A stretch of 64,000 bases of DNA from Bradymonadia bacterium (GTDB lineage Bacteria > Myxococcota_A > Bradymonadia > UBA7976 > UBA1532), in NCBI GenBank assembly GCA_046290225.1, contig JBKAGE010000081.1:32001-96000 (forward strand). The letters run 5' to 3'. Position numbers and translations under genes: made by a program. The notes under the pieces are model-generated. The model had not been told where the DNA came from. It saw nothing but the letters and a program-made list of their open reading frames with translations, and made no database searches. Positions 59,180-64,000 of the stretch are shown here, piece after piece (position 1 is the stretch's first letter; each line of letters opens with the position of its first letter).

Positions 59180-60294
59180 TGGCCCAGGGGGGTGAAGACA
59201 GCCCGCTGCGCATGTTGAGCAGGCGTCCGCACCTCAACCGCCTTTTGCAGACCCTCAGCGAAGCTCGCGGGCGCATCATGAGGGCGCCAGGTCAGACCCA
59301 CGAGATCACTGTCTCTCGTGGCCAGCTGCTCAAGGCGCGTCACAGCTGGTCACAGCTGTTGCGAGAAGGGGAGAAGTCTCTACACCGCCTCTGTGCGCTG
59401 CTGTCGGATCATCTCTTCGTTCAGCCCGCCCTGCGCGAAGGGCCTGATCAGAGCGTCCCCCGTACCGCCATCCCCAATACACTGATCCGCAGCAAGGTGA
59501 TCGGCGCGCTGCCTCGGAGCGGAGAGCGCTTCACGCTGACTCAGAGGGTCACCCCGAGGCTGCTGTTGTCAGCGAGCGATCTCGACCTCGGCTATCGGCT
59601 GCTCTCGCGTCTGCGTCATCGGGATCACGGTGTGTGGTCCACCCCAGAGCTCGTAGCGAGCATGGTGGAGTACCAGCCCACGGTGCCCAACCCCCACAAC
59701 GTGCAGAAGATGATCAGCCGGGTGAAGGCGGAAGAAGAGCTCTGGAACAAGGTCTGTGACGAGCTCTTCGATCTCGACTCGCTGGTGCGCAAAGACAAGA
59801 AGCTGCGGCCCCTAAGCCGCTACATCAAAGACGTCTTCGGCATCAAGCTGGTGGTGGCCAACCCCGACGAGGTGATGCCTCTACAGCGGGTGATCGAGGG
59901 CCTGACGTTCACCGACGAGGCCCTGCGACGTCGCCGCGTACATCCAGGTCCCGACGTGGGACGCCTCGAGTTCACCGAGGTGAAGGACTATCACACGGAT
60001 CCGAAAGGCAGTGGCTGGCGGGCGGTGAAGTCCGTAGTCCGCTGGAGGGGTAGGACCTTCGAGATTCAAGTGCAGGGCCTGGCGAACTATCTGCTCGAGC
60101 AGGAGTGGCTCACACAAGAGAGCCACGCCTCGTTCAAGCAACGTCGGGAGCGCATTCGCGACGAAGTGGCCCGCCAGATCCCGCTCTTCGGCTTCTATCG
60201 AGACCTGCTGATGTGGCTGGTCTTGGGTCCTGAGGGTACCCATCAGGCAGAGGTGCCGACTCACCCTGGGGTGCACGTCGTCATCACGGACTGA
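59179..60294 (+). CDS. Divergent RelA/SpoT synthetase-like nucleotidyltransferase
   Basis: SRVK...L..K, IKDVFGIKLVV, VKDY...PKGSGWRAVK, FEIQVQ, SHASFK in canonical order; no hydrolase domain. Confidence 0.7.
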   Translation: MAQGGEDSPLRMLSRRPHLNRLLQTLSEARGRIMRAPGQTHEITVSRGQLLKARHSWSQLLREGEKSLHRLCALLSDHLFVQPALREGPDQSVPRTAIPNTLIRSKVIGALPRSGERFTLTQRVTPRLLLSASDLDLGYRLLSRLRHRDHGVWSTPELVASMVEYQPTVPNPHNVQKMISRVKAEEELWNKVCDELFDLDSLVRKDKKLRPLSRYIKDVFGIKLVVANPDEVMPLQRVIEGLTFTDEALRRRRVHPGPDVGRLEFTEVKDYHTDPKGSGWRAVKSVVRWRGRTFEIQVQGLANYLLEQEWLTQESHASFKQRRERIRDEVARQIPLFGFYRDLLMWLVLGPEGTHQAEVPTHPGVHVVITD

Positions 60295-60361
60295 TCGCAC
60301 TCACACTCAATCCGATTGCAGAGCACGATGAGTCAGAAGGCCTTGGTGAGGCTCTCTGAGG

Positions 60362-60841
60362 TCATGTTCGCCAGCGTGGGTGGGCTACAGGAAGATCATC
60401 GAAGTCGGCCCCCGCAGGTCGAATGGCGAGTTTGCAACATGTCGCGCCGGTCACGGATTGCGATTCCATCACCACAAGGCGACCACCAGAGGCCTGGATG
60501 AGGGCTCGATCGAACTCCATCGACCGCCAGCAGGCTTCGGCATGCCCGCTGCCCCTGAGGGGGCACTCAACGTGGATCTCCACGAACGCTGTCTCCCCAT
60601 CAGTGTCGACCACAGGGAAGGCTGTCCGTGGTCGAGGCATCAGCCGGTTCCACTCTTGAGCGAGATCTTCAGCGGATGTCTGCGGTCGGCGGCCATATGT
60701 GAAATGAACCATCCATGCAAAGCATCGAGCGAGCCGCAACGAGAGGGGCTCGAGCCAACGAAACTTCGACATGAAGAACAACGGGCGTCCAGTGTTGATG
60801 AAGACGGGCAGGGTGTAGATCTTGCGGAGGAGGGCCTTCAT
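60362..60841 (-). CDS. Hypothetical protein with CP...C...C motif (V4R / ATC-hydrolase-like)
   Basis: ECPL, AC..SME.DR, G.TCC. Confidence 0.55.
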   Translation of the reverse strand: MKALLRKIYTLPVFINTGRPLFFMSKFRWLEPLSLRLARCFAWMVHFTYGRRPQTSAEDLAQEWNRLMPRPRTAFPVVDTDGETAFVEIHVECPLRGSGHAEACWRSMEFDRALIQASGGRLVVMESQSVTGATCCKLAIRPAGADFDDLPVAHPRWRT

Positions 60842-60893
60842 CGATCACCTCTTCATGAAGCTCTGAGCTGTCTGATCGTTCCGACTCTTGACC

Positions 60894-61568
60894 TCAGAAG
60901 TGCTCAGCGACTTTCGAGGGTACAGGCGCATGTCGGGTCGAAAGGTCGAGGGCAAATTGAGCGAGGGTCGAGACCTGCATCTGCCAGAAAATCGCAGCCA
61001 CCAACCTCATGATGCCGTGTAAATCACCGATTCGTCCAATGGCAGGGCCCATGAAGAGCTCATAGCCCCAGAGTCCGAGCAGCAGGACGGCTGCGAGATG
61101 AAACCGCATGTTCGGATCGTCTGCTTCTGTACCTGTCATCTCGCCGACACCCTGAAGGACCCTACACACGGACCAGAGTCCCAGAATCATCATGACCCCG
61201 AGAATCTCGGTGATTCGAAAATAGGTCACGAAGTCGGTGTTCGGCCAGAGCTGCAGCAGAGGCAAGACTCGACACAGGAGGCCGGCCACCACACCCACGC
61301 CGCCGACCATGAGCGCAAAATGCAGCAGCTGGCTCGACCTCTTGGGCAAAGCAAAGTGCCGCAGCTGATTGAGCCCGAACAGCATCACCAGCCCACCGAT
61401 GAAGACCACTGCTCGAGCACCGAGTAGCCCCCAGAGCTGGGCTGCTGGCTGTTCGAGGATCATCTTGAACAGCACACCGAGAAACATCACCGGCAGTGCG
61501 AACACGAGCACCCGACTCCCTCGATGAATCGAGACGAGCCCCTTCTGCGCCTGTCGCCAATCACTCAT
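60894..61568 (-). CDS. Multi-pass membrane protein
   Basis: About six TM helices; loosely similar layout to 61894-62607. Confidence 0.7.
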   Translation of the reverse strand: MSDWRQAQKGLVSIHRGSRVLVFALPVMFLGVLFKMILEQPAAQLWGLLGARAVVFIGGLVMLFGLNQLRHFALPKRSSQLLHFALMVGGVGVVAGLLCRVLPLLQLWPNTDFVTYFRITEILGVMMILGLWSVCRVLQGVGEMTGTEADDPNMRFHLAAVLLLGLWGYELFMGPAIGRIGDLHGIMRLVAAIFWQMQVSTLAQFALDLSTRHAPVPSKVAEHF

Positions 61569-61696
61569 TCACAACCCCCCAGCGCAGTATGCGAAAGAAG
61601 CCCGACACGACAAGCGCACGGCAAAACAATGGCCTGTTTGACCCCATGACCAGGTCATTGCCCACAACACCCCAAAAACTCAACCCCCCACCCCCT

Positions 61697-61892
61697 CAAA
61701 GCCATAACCCTCATATGCACGTGCCCCGCGGAGGCGCGGAGGTGGTGGCAGTCGTCGTGAGCGTGGTGAGTTTGCGTGCAGATGCGGATTTTCATCCGCA
61801 GGGGTAGCAGCGCTACCCCGAGGAAGGAAAAGTCGTAGCTGTGCGTAAAATCGCCGCGCTCACGGCGGCTACCGCCGCCGGAGCGCCGGAGC
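61697..61892 (+). repeat. 196-bp structured dispersed repeat, copy 3 (most divergent)
   Basis: Ungapped alignment with compensatory changes; ends 1 nt from the stop at 61894. Confidence 0.95.
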
Positions 61893-61893
61893 A

Positions 61894-62607
61894 TCAGAAA
61901 GCGTCGACGTCCAGGTTGCCCACAGAGGCCACGGCGTCGCGGGTGTTGCTCACGAGGCCCATGAACATCACCAGGAACACCAGGGCCAGCACGATGAGAC
62001 CGATGAAGTACAGGATACGGATGTCATAGAAGAGCCGCGGGGCGAGCAGAGGGACGAAAACCGAGCCGATGAGGGTCACCATCATGATGATCAGCTTCAT
62101 GGAGGTGCCAGAAAGATCAGCACGGCCCACGGAGCGTGCTATGCGGCCCAGGGCCACCAGAAGACAGACAAAGGCCACCAGAGAGATCAGACCACGGGCG
62201 ATGTTGATATAACCCAGAGTCTCGAGATCGCTCAGGGAGCTCGCTGAGTACTGCATGATGATGGCGAGGACGGCCACCACGAAAGACAAGACAAAGCCGA
62301 TGAAGGCCACCTGCATGATGCCCGCTGCGCCTGTCTCACGGGGCACCGCTGTCATGCGGGAGAGACCCACCATCATCATGATCTGGCTCACGAGGACCAG
62401 GAGCCCCATCCCGATGGCGGAGATCTGAGCCAGCAAGACGCTCATGGCCACCTGGGCGAGCAGCATGAAAGCCACCGCCCCGAGGATGGTCCACAGAATC
62501 AGCTTGATGGCGTTGTAGTAGGTGCTCAGGCCGCTGTGTACTCGGGCCCATGCTGGGTTTGCGGCGCCGCCGCCAACCTGGCCTTCGAGGCCATAGGTCA
62601 AAGACAT
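61894..62607 (-). CDS. Multi-pass membrane protein
   Basis: About six TM helices, GGAG RBS. Confidence 0.75.
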   Translation of the reverse strand: MSLTYGLEGQVGGGAANPAWARVHSGLSTYYNAIKLILWTILGAVAFMLLAQVAMSVLLAQISAIGMGLLVLVSQIMMMVGLSRMTAVPRETGAAGIMQVAFIGFVLSFVVAVLAIIMQYSASSLSDLETLGYINIARGLISLVAFVCLLVALGRIARSVGRADLSGTSMKLIIMMVTLIGSVFVPLLAPRLFYDIRILYFIGLIVLALVFLVMFMGLVSNTRDAVASVGNLDVDAF

Positions 62608-62799
62608 GGAATCTCCCCTTCGCCCTTCTCAAAGAAGGTGTGTGTTGAGTCTGAACGGAGGTACAGCACATTTGGAGGCATCCCACAAGTCATCTGACTC
62701 GGGGTTGCTTCTCGCTGGAGTGGAAGGCTGACAGCTGGGCGCTGGAGGGGGTGGTGAGCGCCCCTATGTGAGGGGCGCCGAGGAGGGGAGGGGGGCCGC

Positions 62800-63696
62800 T
62801 CAGCGGCTGGCTTTGTCGTCCGACGTTGGGGCCTTGGCGTCGGACTTTCGCTGGGCGTCGAGGGCCTTGAGGCGGGCCTTCATCCGGTCCTCTTCAGATT
62901 GACTGAAGTCGTAGCCGAAGGGCTCGTCGGCCCAGTAGCCGTACATGGGGTTGGGCAGCATGAACCACTGCTTTCCCCAGCGCTCCGCGTGATCGGTGAT
63001 CACCTTGTCGCGCTCTGCTCGGGTGCCCTTGGCGGCGCCCTTCTTGGCCACGAAATCACCAAGGTTGTCACCGAAGAGCATGACGATCCGATAGTGCTCG
63101 GCGATCATGGCGCGACGGGGGGTCTTGTCAGATCCCCAGTCAGGCTTCTCCTTCTGGGTGAGCACGGTATCGATGCCCTCGGGCCCTGCAGCGGGCTTCA
63201 TGGGGAAGCCCGTGGCCTTGAGGTTCTCTTCCGTAGCCTTGTCGACGCTGACGTCGCGGTTGGTCACGTAGAACACCGTGACCCCCTTGCTCGCCGCATA
63301 CTGAGTGAACTCCACCGCCCCGGGAATGGGCTTCGCCTGGGCTTCTTTGCACCAGTCGATCCACCCCGTGGGGTAGCCCACCCCGCTCTCGATGGCCCGG
63401 ACCTGGAACGGGCTGTTGTCGAGCACCGTCTCGTCGACATCGAGCACGATGGCTGGGGGCTTGTCGGCGAAGTCGCCCGTCTGCTCCAGCGCTGCCGTCC
63501 AGGTCTTGTCGGCGAGGGCTGCATCGAGCTGCCCTTTGGCGCCCATATAGGTCTGCCAGGCCGTCGCCTTGTATTCCGCAGCAGTCTGTTGCCAGACCAC
63601 GGCGTAGCCCTGAGGGCTCTGAGTGGGCTGATAGCCCCCACCACACGCGGTGAGGGTGGCCATGGCCGACACACCCATCCAACGCAATCCGTTCAC
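62800..63696 (-). CDS. 5'-nucleotidase lipoprotein e(P4) / class C HAD acid phosphatase
   Basis: Lipobox LTAC, DVDETVLDNS, FYVTNR, FGDNLGDF, LPNPMYG; GTG start overlaps the upstream stop. Confidence 0.92.
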   Translation of the reverse strand: MNGLRWMGVSAMATLTACGGGYQPTQSPQGYAVVWQQTAAEYKATAWQTYMGAKGQLDAALADKTWTAALEQTGDFADKPPAIVLDVDETVLDNSPFQVRAIESGVGYPTGWIDWCKEAQAKPIPGAVEFTQYAASKGVTVFYVTNRDVSVDKATEENLKATGFPMKPAAGPEGIDTVLTQKEKPDWGSDKTPRRAMIAEHYRIVMLFGDNLGDFVAKKGAAKGTRAERDKVITDHAERWGKQWFMLPNPMYGYWADEPFGYDFSQSEEDRMKARLKALDAQRKSDAKAPTSDDKASR

Positions 63697-64000
63697 TGTT
63701 GTACCTCGCGGACAAAGATCAGCCACTGACCGTTGCCCTGGTTGATGGCGCCGCACGTACGCGACCCGTTGTGCTCACCCCAGTCGGTGCCGTCGGAGCG
63801 GTTGCCGATGCGACCGCCGTCGTTGAAGTCGACAGCGAAGTCGCCGCCGTCCTGACAGGAGTCCTCGCCGACGAGCTGGCCCTGGCCCTCCCATGGGGTG
63901 TTGTCTTCGATGAAGTCACCGTTGAGGTTGTTCCGGCGCGCCGGCAGCTCCAGGGGGTTGTCCGGCGTGTTGAAGCAGGTCTCGCCGTCGATGGTGCTGC
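63693..64000 (-). CDS. C-terminal end of an extracellular-type protein (runs off window end)
   Basis: Hand translation: STIDGETCFNTPDNPLELPARRNNLNGD...GEDSCQDGGDFAVDFNDGG...TDWGEHNGSRTCG...WLIFVREVQQ*. Confidence 0.7.
   Translation of the reverse strand, partial: STIDGETCFNTPDNPLELPARRNNLNGDFIEDNTPWEGQGQLVGEDSCQDGGDFAVDFNDGGRIGNRSDGTDWGEHNGSRTCGAINQGNGQWLIFVREVQQ

Noticed and set aside
61733..61892. Repeat as a simple intrinsic terminator or tRNA
   Set aside because: Far too long, no U-tract after the proximal hairpin, the mRNA strand is the weaker-folding one, and there is no cloverleaf or T-loop

Overview
High-GC chromosomal window, probably from a Myxococcota/deltaproteobacterial organism (inferred from gene content and the many Cys-rich lipoproteins). 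It carries recC-recB-recD (recD truncated by the window edge), an HDOD protein, ppa, an XPB-like helicase/DUF790 (Bax1-like) pair, holB, a FadL-type porin, a hybrid sensor kinase, a ceramidase-like lipoprotein, DedA, a MarR module, a DUF4129-DUF4350-MoxR-DUF58 operon and an e(P4)-type phosphatase. No rRNA, tRNA, CRISPR array, transposase or integrase was seen. Five observations stand out. (1) A non-coding 196-bp rod-folding repeat occurs as three full copies and one internally deleted copy; it shows compensatory base changes and strand-specific G-T pairing and always begins 0-3 nt after a stop codon in the same orientation relative to the gene. (2) Two tandem secreted paralogs combine an RCC1 propeller, TSP3 repeats, a ~400-aa left-handed beta-helix and a variable fibrinogen-like tip. 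(3) A divergent RelA/SpoT-like synthetase is coupled to the MoxR operon. (4) An AT-rich lipoprotein gene carries an 11-nt homopolymer. (5) Two large surface proteins are built on apparently inactivated phosphoesterase domains. All family assignments come from motif recognition by eye; no searches were run.
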